A stretch of 64,000 nt of DNA, from assembly GCA_001029635.1 (NCBI GenBank), contig CP011209.1, positions 811,969 through 875,968 on the forward strand, in the 5' to 3' direction. The notes beneath the pieces are model-generated. The model saw only the letters and a program-made list of their open reading frames with translations, was not told the DNA's origin and ran no database searches. This DNA comes from Candidatus Wolfebacteria bacterium GW2011_GWB1_47_1. GTDB lineage: Bacteria; Patescibacteriota; Minisyncoccia; UBA6257; UBA9933. Shown piece after piece: positions 41,657 to 50,193 of this stretch; within the stretch, counting starts at the first letter, position 1; each line of letters opens with the position of its first letter. A program made the position numbers and the translations under genes.

Positions 41657-43834
41657 TTACTCAAGATGCACCTTGTCGTGAAATTTTCTCACGATGTCTT
41701 TTAGCTGAGGATGACTTGTTAGATCAGGATCCATCCCCAGAATACCCTCAGCAGCCTCACGGGCGCTCTTGACGAGCTTCAGATCGTGCAGAGAGCGCAT
41801 CGCCAAATCAGGCAACCCCGTCTGCGATTGCCCCATGAATTCGCCGGGGCCACGCAGCTGCAAGTCTTTCTCCGCAAGCTCGAATCCATTCTTCGCACCT
41901 ACCAATGCTTCAAGCCTATCCTTGGTTGTTTGCGCCGATGAATCAGTGAACAGCAGACAAAATGACTGATGCTCCCCGCGCCCAACGCGCCCTTTAAATT
42001 GATATAATTGCGACAATCCAAATCGATCCGACCCTTCGATCATCATGATGCTTGCATTAGGAATATCAACACCGACCTCTATCACCGAAGTTGCCACAAG
42101 CACATCAATATCGCCCTTCTTCATCGATTGCATGATCGCATCTTTTTCTGCCGGCTTTAGCTTGCCGTGCAACATCGCAACCCGCATATCGGGAAAGATC
42201 TTCTTGGAGAGCTTCTCGTATTCCTCCTTAACCGTCTTCGTATCGACCGCGAACCAATTCTTTTTATCTTCATCCTCTTCAGCCTTTTCAATGCGTGGAC
42301 AAATAACGAAGACCTGCCTCCCTTTTTTCACCTGACCCCGAATGAATGCGTATGCGTCCGTCCTACTCGCCGGAGGGACGATCTTTGTAATGATTTCCTT
42401 TCGCCCCTTTGGCAGCTCTCCTATGACCGAAATATCAAGATCACCGAACAAGGTCAGCGACAGCGTACGCGGTATCGGCGTCGCCGACATTGACAAAAAA
42501 TGCGGCAAATACTCCCCGTCGCCTTTCTTGTGCCCCGCAAGCGCCTGACGTTGACGCACACCGAAACGATGCTGTTCATCGATGACCACCAATGCTAGAT
42601 TCGCAAACTCCACTCCTTTCTGTATCAGCGCATGCGTTCCGATCGCTATCTTTATTTCCCCCTTCGCCAATTTTTTTATGACCTCGGGCTTCTTCGCCTC
42701 ACTTTCCAATCCTTCTCCATAGAATACCTTTGCGCCCGAAGCCGTCAGTAACGCCACTCCTTTTTCATAATTGCCGAATATCTTCTTAAACGTTTGATAA
42801 TGCTGATTCGCAAGAATCTCCGTTGGCGCCATAAACGAGGCTTGTAGGCCATTTTCTGCAGCAATAATTGCCGCCATGATCGCCACGATCGTCTTTCCTG
42901 AGCCGACATCCCCTTGAAGTAACCGGTTCATCGGATGCGGTTTTGCCAGGTCAAGCACAATCTCATCTACCGTTTTTCTTTGTCCATCCGTCAGTTCGAA
43001 TGGCAGGCGTTCCAATAATTCCTTGAACCATTTCTGATCGATCCCGCACGCATGTGCGTTTTCTTTTGCCAAGCGGGAGCGCTCGAGTATGTTTACTAAC
43101 TGCAAATAAAAAATATCCTCAAATGCGAACCGGCGGCGTGCATACAACACATCATCCATTGTGTCCGGGAAGTGTATCTTGCGGAGCGCATCGTTTATCT
43201 CCGCGACGCCTGCGCGCACAAGCATGCCTTCCGGGAGTGTCTCCGGCAATCGCTCCATCTCATCCAGTAACGGCTTTATTAGAAAGCGCAATCCCTTCGA
43301 TGTTACGCCACGTGTTTCCGGATATACTGGCACCAGGCGCCCCGTATGCTTAAATGATTCAATCTCCTCGCGATATTCAGCCGCATCCTCCATGAACTGT
43401 TCCTCGTCTTCTGAAAATCCCACAATCTCGTAGGACGGATGCGAAAAACTCAACCCATTCTTCCCGTCGCTTATTTTCCCCGCAAGATTAATCACCATAC
43501 CTTTTTTCAGCATCGCGACTAGAAACTTTTGGTTAAACCAAGTCGCCCGGATACTTCCCGTATTATCCACCACGGTCGCCTGTATAATAAACATCTTTTT
43601 CCTAAACGACCTCAGTATTTTAATATCATGAATTACCCCCTGAATAGTCGCCGGCTCCCCCGGGATCAGATCAGCAATATTAGTAATCTTCGAAAAATCC
43701 TCGTATCGGGACGGGAAGTGCCATAATAGATCCTTGACCGTCTTAAGACCAAGTTTCTCGAGGCGAGTCGCAAAAGCCAGGCCGATGCCTTTCACGTACC
43801 GCAATTCCGTTTCGAGTCGTACTCCTTGGGACAT
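41657..43834 (-). CDS. recG: ATP-dependent DNA helicase RecG
   Basis: GDVGSGKT, DEQHRFG, MSATPIPRT, GRVGRG, DLQLRGPGE. Confidence 0.96.
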   Translation of the reverse strand: MSQGVRLETELRYVKGIGLAFATRLEKLGLKTVKDLLWHFPSRYEDFSKITNIADLIPGEPATIQGVIHDIKILRSFRKKMFIIQATVVDNTGSIRATWFNQKFLVAMLKKGMVINLAGKISDGKNGLSFSHPSYEIVGFSEDEEQFMEDAAEYREEIESFKHTGRLVPVYPETRGVTSKGLRFLIKPLLDEMERLPETLPEGMLVRAGVAEINDALRKIHFPDTMDDVLYARRRFAFEDIFYLQLVNILERSRLAKENAHACGIDQKWFKELLERLPFELTDGQRKTVDEIVLDLAKPHPMNRLLQGDVGSGKTIVAIMAAIIAAENGLQASFMAPTEILANQHYQTFKKIFGNYEKGVALLTASGAKVFYGEGLESEAKKPEVIKKLAKGEIKIAIGTHALIQKGVEFANLALVVIDEQHRFGVRQRQALAGHKKGDGEYLPHFLSMSATPIPRTLSLTLFGDLDISVIGELPKGRKEIITKIVPPASRTDAYAFIRGQVKKGRQVFVICPRIEKAEEDEDKKNWFAVDTKTVKEEYEKLSKKIFPDMRVAMLHGKLKPAEKDAIMQSMKKGDIDVLVATSVIEVGVDIPNASIMMIEGSDRFGLSQLYQFKGRVGRGEHQSFCLLFTDSSAQTTKDRLEALVGAKNGFELAEKDLQLRGPGEFMGQSQTGLPDLAMRSLHDLKLVKSAREAAEGILGMDPDLTSHPQLKDIVRKFHDKVHLE

Positions 43835-44063
43835 ATCTGTTTATTGTACGCAAAAATAATCCCCTTCGCCACCGCAAATAGAAATGCCACGCATAATGCA
43901 TGGCATTTCTATTGTATGTGCCCCTGTGTGGCACCCGCTTCGCACTTCTCCACTTCGTTCCGCAGTGCTCGGGGGTGGGCTCAATTGAACCATAGCTCCG
44001 CTGGTTCGATCCCACGATACATAAAAGAATACCCAGGCCGATTGGCCTGGGTATTCTTTTATG

Positions 44064-44135
44064 TGCCCCTGTGTGGAATCGAACCACAATTTTAACTTCC
44101 GCAAAGTCATGTCCTATCCATTGAACGACAAGGGC
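44064..44135 (-). tRNA. tRNA-Arg(GCG)
   Basis: Cloverleaf; anticodon arm TGACT-TTGCGGA-AGTTA. Confidence 0.9.
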
Positions 44136-44232
44136 AAAATGACAAATAACAGGTAACCAATAACTTATAACGGGATACCCATTAGCGTCATTCAGTTATA
44201 GCAAATCCTATTTCATTTTACAATAATCCCCC

Positions 44233-44823
44233 CTAGAATCCGACCCAGCGCTCCAGTAGCTCCATAAATGTCACTTCAATCTCGCCTCGCTCTACCCGCC
44301 CTTCCAAGAGATCCTCGATAGCATCCACGTCTTCGGCGGGTACGAATATCTTTATGTAGTGAGTCATCTTTGACCTTGTCTTTAATAGCAACTCGTAATA
44401 TTCATCTGAGAATTCATGGATGTCATACAATACGACATCCTTATATCGGTAGGTTTTATGCTTTTCGATCGTAATACCCTTATCGTCAATGGCAAACCTC
44501 CACATCTTTGGCTTTTCTCCCGCAAACATAAATATGGCAAGCTCCGCCACCACTATAAACACAGCGAATAGAAAGTTCTTTTGCCACAGCGCTATCGCGA
44601 TAAGAACAATGGCGATCGCCATACTGCTCCAATACCATGTAGTGCTTTTTTCGATATGCTCAAACTCCGGAGCTTCCCAGGTAATCCCGTTCTGTATCGG
44701 CATTTCAAGTTCCTCCTCTTCATCGGTCACCTCATCCGAAACTTCCTGATCTTCGTCTCCATATTCTTCCCGATTCATATCTTCGTCGGTTTTTGTAAGA
44801 AAAACATCGTTTTCTTGTTCCAT
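44233..44823 (-). CDS. Hypothetical membrane protein (start at MEQEND)
   Basis: WEAPEFEH motif, 2 TM, PH-like beta region. Confidence 0.75.
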   Translation of the reverse strand: MEQENDVFLTKTDEDMNREEYGDEDQEVSDEVTDEEEELEMPIQNGITWEAPEFEHIEKSTTWYWSSMAIAIVLIAIALWQKNFLFAVFIVVAELAIFMFAGEKPKMWRFAIDDKGITIEKHKTYRYKDVVLYDIHEFSDEYYELLLKTRSKMTHYIKIFVPAEDVDAIEDLLEGRVERGEIEVTFMELLERWVGF

Positions 44824-44901
44824 GGTTTTATTATACCTTAAAAATCTAAGAAACGGTATATTACTTTTATTAACACACCAACAGAAGCATATCACTCCTT
44901 C

Positions 44902-45271
44902 TTAGGGATGCTTTGTCTGTGTTGCAACAATGCGCCACGCTGTAATTATCAAGAATACAACAATAAGATATATGGTGAAATTTTCGACTATGCCCACCCC
45001 ATTTGCATACGTCCCCTGCTGAATATCTGGGTAGTAGATTCCATCATTCACTTGGATTGCATGCATTGAAAATCCGTAATCAATAGATAGAATGTACCGG
45101 AGCGCAATCACTACCTGGGACTATATTATTTGCGAGGCATTCGGTGGCATCTGTTTTTCCTGGAAACACAACACTATTAGGATACGTTTGCGCCGGGCTT
45201 TTAATATACGTCTATACAATTGTAAGTAATCCACTAGCTACTACAATGATGCCAATCTTATAGTATTTCAT
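44902..45271 (-). pseudogene. Disrupted small membrane-protein gene
   Basis: ATG 45271 MKYYKIGIIVVASGLLTIV then TAG (45214-45212); frame continues, then shifts at a TCTATCTA duplication into the 44902-45111 ORF. Confidence 0.55.
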
Positions 45272-45431
45272 TTATTTTAATAATAGCACATCACTATACA
45301 GCCCTTTGTAATCCGCCAGCCGACTGTTATACGAGCTTAAGATGCTCTTTTGTTATTTTAAAAAAATGACATCGGCTTTGATGTCATTTTTTCGGCTATA
45401 AACTCTCTACTTATCATTATTCCATCCACTG

Positions 45432-45516
45432 AGGAGGCGAGAGGATTCGAACCTCCGATGCCTTGCGGCATACTTGTTTTCAAGACAAGCCGTTTCAACC
45501 GCTCACGCACGCCTCC
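45432..45516 (-). tRNA. tRNA-Ser(TGA)
   Basis: Long variable arm; anticodon arm CTTGT-CTTGAAA-ACAAG. Confidence 0.93.
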
Positions 45517-45566
45517 CTCCTATTTCTTACCGTAAACTACCCAGCTACAGGTTGTATTCAATAAGG

Positions 45567-45639
45567 TGGACCTTACCGGGATCGAACCGGTCACCTCTTC
45601 CATGCCATGGAAGCGCTCTACCAAATGAGCTAAAGGCCC
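45567..45639 (-). tRNA. tRNA-Ala(GGC)
   Basis: G3-U70; CTTCC-ATGGCAT-GGAAG. Confidence 0.94.
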
Positions 45640-45727
45640 TACAGATGACACTTATCTTATCTAAAAAATGTCTCCTTGGCAAGAATCCCGGTACAAAAAC
45701 CACCCCTTGCGGGGCGGTTTTTATTTG

Positions 45728-45800
45728 TGGACCTTACCGGGCTCGAACCGGTCACCTCTACATTGCAAATGTAGCGCTCTACCAGATGAGCTAAAGGCCC
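45728..45800 (-). tRNA. tRNA-Ala(TGC)
   Basis: G3-U70; CTACA-TTTGCAA-TGTAG. Confidence 0.94.
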
Positions 45801-45940
45801 TGGTAGTTTTTTTATTCTATAGAACTTTTTAAAAACTTGCAACCCACCTTTCCCTACTTTATCATATTTTTATATATTAGTACTTATAATTATATATTTG
45901 GGACTTATTTATTCGATCCATAGAATGTATTTCATTATAT

Positions 45941-46573
45941 ATGCGTATTTATTCCGACGAAACAATTGCCAATCTTAAGAAACGTCGCAAGGCTGGGCGG
46001 AGTATACAAGAGCTGATGCAAGAATTTTCAATGCCAAAAACAACCATCTGGCATCATATTCAAGACATAACATTATCCGAAGAACAGGCCGCAACCATTA
46101 GAGCAAAACAAGGCGGGAGTAAAATAAGAAGCCAAAAAGATTGGGCTAAAGCCGAGGAGTGCGCGCGCGAGCTATTAAATGGACCAAGCAAATACCCCTG
46201 TTCTCTCGTTGCTATGCTGTATTGGGCCGAAGGAAGCCAACGACAATTTACATTCACCAACACAAACGGGCAAATGATCCACTTATTTTTGGATATCCTT
46301 AAAAATCACTTCGGCGTTGAAGAAAGTCGCATTAAAATAACAGTACGGATCTTTTCGAATCTGAATCTAACAAAAGCGGAATGTATACAATACTGGACTC
46401 ATTCTACCGGACTACCTAAAGATACTTTTAAAGTATACCTTGACGATGGCGGAACCAAAGGAAAGGCAGCGCACGGAATATGCAGAATTATTGTCCAAAA
46501 AAGCGGCTATCTTCATAAATTGATTACATCCTTGATAAAAATCATTCCTCATGAAATAATGGACGGGCAATGA
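45941..46573 (+). CDS. HTH plus LAGLIDADG-like domain protein
   Basis: N-terminal HTH (GRSIQELMQEFSMPKTTIWHHI); LVAMLYWAEGS helix followed by FTNTN. Confidence 0.7.
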   Translation: MRIYSDETIANLKKRRKAGRSIQELMQEFSMPKTTIWHHIQDITLSEEQAATIRAKQGGSKIRSQKDWAKAEECARELLNGPSKYPCSLVAMLYWAEGSQRQFTFTNTNGQMIHLFLDILKNHFGVEESRIKITVRIFSNLNLTKAECIQYWTHSTGLPKDTFKVYLDDGGTKGKAAHGICRIIVQKSGYLHKLITSLIKIIPHEIMDGQ

Positions 46574-46580
46574 TAGTAAA

Positions 46581-46652
46581 GCTCTCGTCGTTCAACGGAT
46601 AGGACTACGCATTCCTAATGCGTCAATGGGGGTTCGATTCCCTCCGAGAGCA
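46581..46652 (+). tRNA. tRNA-Arg(CCT)
   Basis: ACGCA-TTCCTAA-TGCGT. Confidence 0.93.
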
Positions 46653-46716
46653 CATCCGTATTTCTTGAAAAACATAGGGTTTTCTGCTACCTTCTATAGG
46701 TGTCTTTGATACGACC

Positions 46717-46788
46717 GTCCTCGTCGTTCAACGGATAGGACGCAAGGTTCCGAACTTTGTAATGGAGGTTCGATTCCTCCCGGGGGCA
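46717..46788 (+). tRNA. tRNA-Arg(CCG)
   Basis: CAAGG-TTCCGAA-CTTTG. Confidence 0.93.
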
Positions 46789-46890
46789 CACGCTAGTGAG
46801 ACCGACCGAAAGGCCTGTTTCATGAATATTTTTAGAAAAGCAGTTTTAGTCTAAGACCCTCCGGGGAGACCGAAGGAGCCGTATCAAGCG

Positions 46891-46927
46891 AAACAAAAGC
46901 CCGCTATCAAATAGCGGGCTTTTGTTT
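46891..46927. terminator. Bidirectional terminator between tRNA-Arg(CCG) and the DGR RT
   Basis: AAACAAAAGCCCGCTAT-CAA-ATAGCGGGCTTTTGTTT. Confidence 0.8.
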
Positions 46928-47918
46928 AAGTAATTTTATATGCGCCGACCGCTTTTTGCAGGTTATGCGTATTGCCGTGTTTCAGTAATCCTAAATATGA
47001 GCCCATTATTTCTTCGCTATTATTTTCAACTAACCGCTTCATCATACGCTGCTTTGTTGTAGTGCGTAATATCCTATGATCGATAAAATTAATCCAACCT
47101 AAAAAATCAACGCCCGTCGCAACCGTCTTTATATATAGTTTATCCGGATGCAATTCCAACCTAAGCTTTTCATATAAGAAATTTTTAACAGCAGGGATAT
47201 ATCCCTCTAATATACTTCTATCGTCAGCGAAAAACACAAAGTCATCGCTGTATCTAATATAGTATTTATTTTTTAATTCATGCTTCACATATTGATCGAA
47301 CTCATTCATATATATGTTGACCAATAATTGCGATGTAAGATTGCCCAACGGTAGCCCTACCCCACTCCGAGCGACTGAAAAACTTCCAACCACCTCGCCA
47401 AGCAGAATGAGCAATTCCCTATCGTCAATATATTCCCTTAATATCGCCAGTAAAATACTATGGTCAATATTGGCAAAGAATTTTCTGATGTCGCACTTTA
47501 ATACCCAGCAGGTCCGCGTATTGTTCTTGCTCACGCGATATGAAAAATCCCTAAATCGATCTATCACCTTATAGGTACCCTTCCCGATCCGGCACGAATA
47601 CGAATCGGCAATAAATTTTTTGTCAAAAAACGGGCACAAAACCCGATGAATCGCATGATGCAGCAGCCGATCGCGAACGCTCGCTTTGTGGATATCTCTC
47701 GGCTTCGGATCATCTACCTTAAATGCTTCATACCCGCCATGCCGATACGCATGATTGGCAAGGTCATCATGCAATGCTATGATATTATCCATCAGGCGCA
47801 ACGAAAACTCCTGCACATCCAATTTATTTCGCTTGCCCCTCACAAATTCCTCCCATGCGCACAGTAGATTCTCGACAGAAATTATTTCTTCATAACTATG
47901 GCACAATCTGATTTTCAT
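46926..47918 (-). CDS. DGR reverse transcriptase
   Basis: KPRDI, RDRLLHHA, KCDIRKFF, GLPLGNLTSQ (DGR-type SQ), YIRYSDDF, DFLG; GAGGA SD. Confidence 0.95.
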   Translation of the reverse strand: MKIRLCHSYEEIISVENLLCAWEEFVRGKRNKLDVQEFSLRLMDNIIALHDDLANHAYRHGGYEAFKVDDPKPRDIHKASVRDRLLHHAIHRVLCPFFDKKFIADSYSCRIGKGTYKVIDRFRDFSYRVSKNNTRTCWVLKCDIRKFFANIDHSILLAILREYIDDRELLILLGEVVGSFSVARSGVGLPLGNLTSQLLVNIYMNEFDQYVKHELKNKYYIRYSDDFVFFADDRSILEGYIPAVKNFLYEKLRLELHPDKLYIKTVATGVDFLGWINFIDHRILRTTTKQRMMKRLVENNSEEIMGSYLGLLKHGNTHNLQKAVGAYKIT

Positions 47919-48313
47919 AATTCCTCGTACCCCCCCCCCCCCCGATCAATAATGTAACCATTATTGATCATACGGTACGACTATACAAGCTTTGGCAAGA
48001 GTACCTGTTGCAATTTCCAAAGACATCGCGATATTCCCTCGGGATAAAAATCGACAATCTTCTGCTTGAAATTGCCACATTGTTTTTTACCGCAAGCTAC
48101 GCCCCCAAAGACCCGAAGTTGATCTGCCTCATCCAAGCAAGCAAAAGGCTCGACACGCTTAAATTTCTCATAAAAGTTGCATGGGAGATAAAGTCGCTTG
48201 ACAACAATCGCTACGCCGAGCTCTCAAAAAAACTGGATGCCATCGGTAAAATGCTCGGAGGATGGCAAAAACAAGTGGAAAAACAAAACCCCGCACCAAC
48301 GGCGGGGAAATGA
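47898..48313 (+). pseudogene. avd: DGR accessory protein Avd (four-helix bundle), frameshifted at the C14 tract as assembled
   Basis: Frame open 47921-48313: PINNVTIIDHTVRLYKLWQEYLLQFPKTSRYSLG...IGKMLGGW; ATG at 47898 is out of frame across the poly-C. Confidence 0.82.
47930..47943. repeat. C14 homopolymer
   Basis: Counted directly; longest C/G run I saw in the window. Confidence 0.95.
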
Positions 48314-48322
48314 AGAGATTTT

Positions 48323-48444
48323 CGCACAAACGCGAACCGACACCGCTGATTCCAACTGTCATCGAAGTAGTTCAGGTTCAGGTTGCGGTTCCTGTCATCG
48401 CAGTTGAGTACCAGCACGTTCAGGTTGCCGTTCGGGTTCTGCCA
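48323..48444 (-). ncRNA. DGR template repeat (TR)
   Basis: Aligns to 48823-48944 without gaps at offset 500; 10 AAY codons in the VR frame. Confidence 0.95.
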
Positions 48445-48735
48445 TTATGCATGCGATATCATCCAATCCACCACCCCTCGTCCGCCCCTGGCGGACTCGG
48501 AGTTGTATCGTATTTGTGAGCAAGACTCATCCAATACCACATACCAAGTATCTTCATTTTTTGAAGTTCCTACCCGCAATACTACGTATAGCGTTGCAGA
48601 CGGGTCTGCATATATCACTCTATCCCAAGCCGTAACCAAAGATATTCTCGACATATGGATACTGGATTCGGCAGCGGGAAGCCGTAACCGCCCGCATATT
48701 CACCTACTACCACATACAGCATAACATAAAAAATT

Positions 48736-48760
48736 AAGCCCCTCGCATAGCGAGGGGTTT
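48736..48760. promoter_or_regulatory. Hairpin downstream of VR (terminator and/or DGR target-recognition cruciform)
   Basis: AAGCCCCTCGC-ATA-GCGAGGGGTTT, 56 nt past the target stop. Confidence 0.6.
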
Positions 48761-48815
48761 TGAAGGTTCCAAGGGTTCAAGCGCCCAACAAGGCACGAGA
48801 TCCCCAGAACCCAAG

Positions 48816-49400
48816 TTACTTGCGCACAAACGCGAACCGACACCGCTGAAACCAACTGACATCGAAGTAGTACAGGAACAGGCGGCGGTGCCTGCCATCG
48901 CAGCCGAGCACCAGCACGAACAGGAAGCCGCCCGGGCTCTGCCAAGGTTTGTGCAGGAACACGATCGGAGCATTGCGCTGTTCCTCGGGATACTGCTCAC
49001 CAAAGAATAGCGCATCTTCGTACAGAGGGCGCTCCAATCCCTGGCGCTGTGCTTCGACGAGTACTTCTTCGGACCCGGGATCATGATCGAATTCCAGGAA
49101 CACGATCTCGCGGGGTCCTTCGGGCATGGGCCGCATCGGGAAGTTCTTGCCGTTGACCATGTCATTCGTCCAGCCATAGTTGCCGGCTTCAATGACTTCG
49201 TCGGTTGTGCGGGTACCCCCGGTCATGATACGAAATGCATTCCTAGCCTGCTGGAGACACATCATAAAAGCATCGACGAACATACCGACTGCCGACACTC
49301 CGCCTTTTTCGATGACCGATTCGATATCCGCCTCGGTCACGCCTTTTTTCTCCAGTTCCGGACCAACATGCTCATCGATGAACGCTCCAAGCTTTGCCAT
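48816..49400 (-). CDS. DGR target protein with C-terminal variable region
   Basis: Last ~42 codons correspond to TR; AGAAAGGAG SD. Confidence 0.93.
   Translation of the reverse strand: MAKLGAFIDEHVGPELEKKGVTEADIESVIEKGGVSAVGMFVDAFMMCLQQARNAFRIMTGGTRTTDEVIEAGNYGWTNDMVNGKNFPMRPMPEGPREIVFLEFDHDPGSEEVLVEAQRQGLERPLYEDALFFGEQYPEEQRNAPIVFLHKPWQSPGGFLFVLVLGCDGRHRRLFLYYFDVSWFQRCRFAFVRK
48823..48944 (-). repeat. DGR variable repeat (VR)
   Basis: 20 mismatches vs TR, all at TR adenines on the coding strand. Confidence 0.95.
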
Positions 49401-49469
49401 GACTTACATCTCCTTTCTGCGGTTTGATCACAAATATTCTATGGGATTTTTAAAGCAAATTCTAGTTTT

Positions 49470-49498
49470 ACTATATACTTTTATATTAGATATGTCAA
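49470..49498 (-). promoter_or_regulatory. Sigma70 promoter of the DGR target gene
   Basis: TTGACA-N17-TATAGT. Confidence 0.78.
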
Positions 49499-49702
49499 GT
49501 TTTCTAAAAGCCTCTTTCCTTTAAAGTAGCACGTCTGCGTATGTCATTTGTTATTTTATGTAGGTTTTTAGCCCTGACCGAGGTGCCTCAAATAGAATCT
49601 TGAAAGAGGGCTGGAAAACCCTTATACTGCTTGCACGTCCCAATTCTGAGACCGTGAGGGGGCACTTGAAGTCTGTTTCTGTATATTGTTATAGGTTATC
49701 AT

Positions 49703-49791
49703 GGAGGCGTGCCAGAGCGGTTGAATGGGACGCACTCGAAATGCGTTATACTGGTCAAACAGTATCGGAGGTTCGAATCCTCTCGCCTCCT
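49703..49791 (+). tRNA. tRNA-Ser(CGA)
   Basis: ACGCA-CTCGAAA-TGCGT; long variable arm. Confidence 0.93.
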
Positions 49792-49841
49792 CATTAAGCG
49801 AAGTGACTACACAAAAAATCGCCATCATGGCGATTTTTTGT

Positions 49842-50105
49842 TTAGTGCGTACTCTCCTTTATTTGTTTATGGTCTCGCTCAAGCACCACAAAATCTCCCC
49901 TATTCACAACGATCCATCCCTCCTTCTCGAACTTTTTAACATGCTCGGTAAGTCCGGGCATATCCGCTTTGAATGTCCTTAAATCATACTCCGATCCCTC
50001 TCCACGATGCACAACAATATCTTCTTCGGGAGTATGCTTCACCGTATCCCATGAAAATTTTTTTACAGGATCACTTGCCTGCTCCTGCTGAAATGATTCG
50101 TTCAT
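49842..50105 (-). CDS. Hypothetical protein
   Basis: 87-aa ORF flanked by hairpins. Confidence 0.55.
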   Translation of the reverse strand: MNESFQQEQASDPVKKFSWDTVKHTPEEDIVVHRGEGSEYDLRTFKADMPGLTEHVKKFEKEGWIVVNRGDFVVLERDHKQIKESTH

Positions 50106-50193
50106 ATTCGTTTGCGTTATTACCCCATTATATGCTGATTTTTCTCACCGAACAACATCCCCCTACACGGGGGGATGTTTTGTGTTTATGTTC

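Larger units (their letters stand above)
46926..49498 (-). mobile_element. Diversity-generating retroelement (target-VR, spacer, TR, avd, RT)
   Basis: RT + avd + TR/VR pair with adenine-specific mismatches. Confidence 0.95.

Noticed and set aside
45212-45214. Stop-codon recoding to explain the in-frame TAG
   Set aside because: Conserved genes end normally at TAA, TAG or TGA and the same ORF also has a frameshift, so pseudogene is simpler
46926-47918. RT as group II intron, retron or CRISPR-associated RT
   Set aside because: Short, no maturase or endonuclease domain, has LGxxxSQ, and sits beside avd and a TR/VR pair
48211-48417. 68-aa minus-strand ORF resembling the DGR target C-terminus
   Set aside because: It is the TR read in the VR frame; TR is an RNA template, not a second target gene
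46717-49791. DGR as a tRNA-integrated island with att repeats
   Set aside because: No direct repeat of either flanking tRNA 3' end and no integrase found
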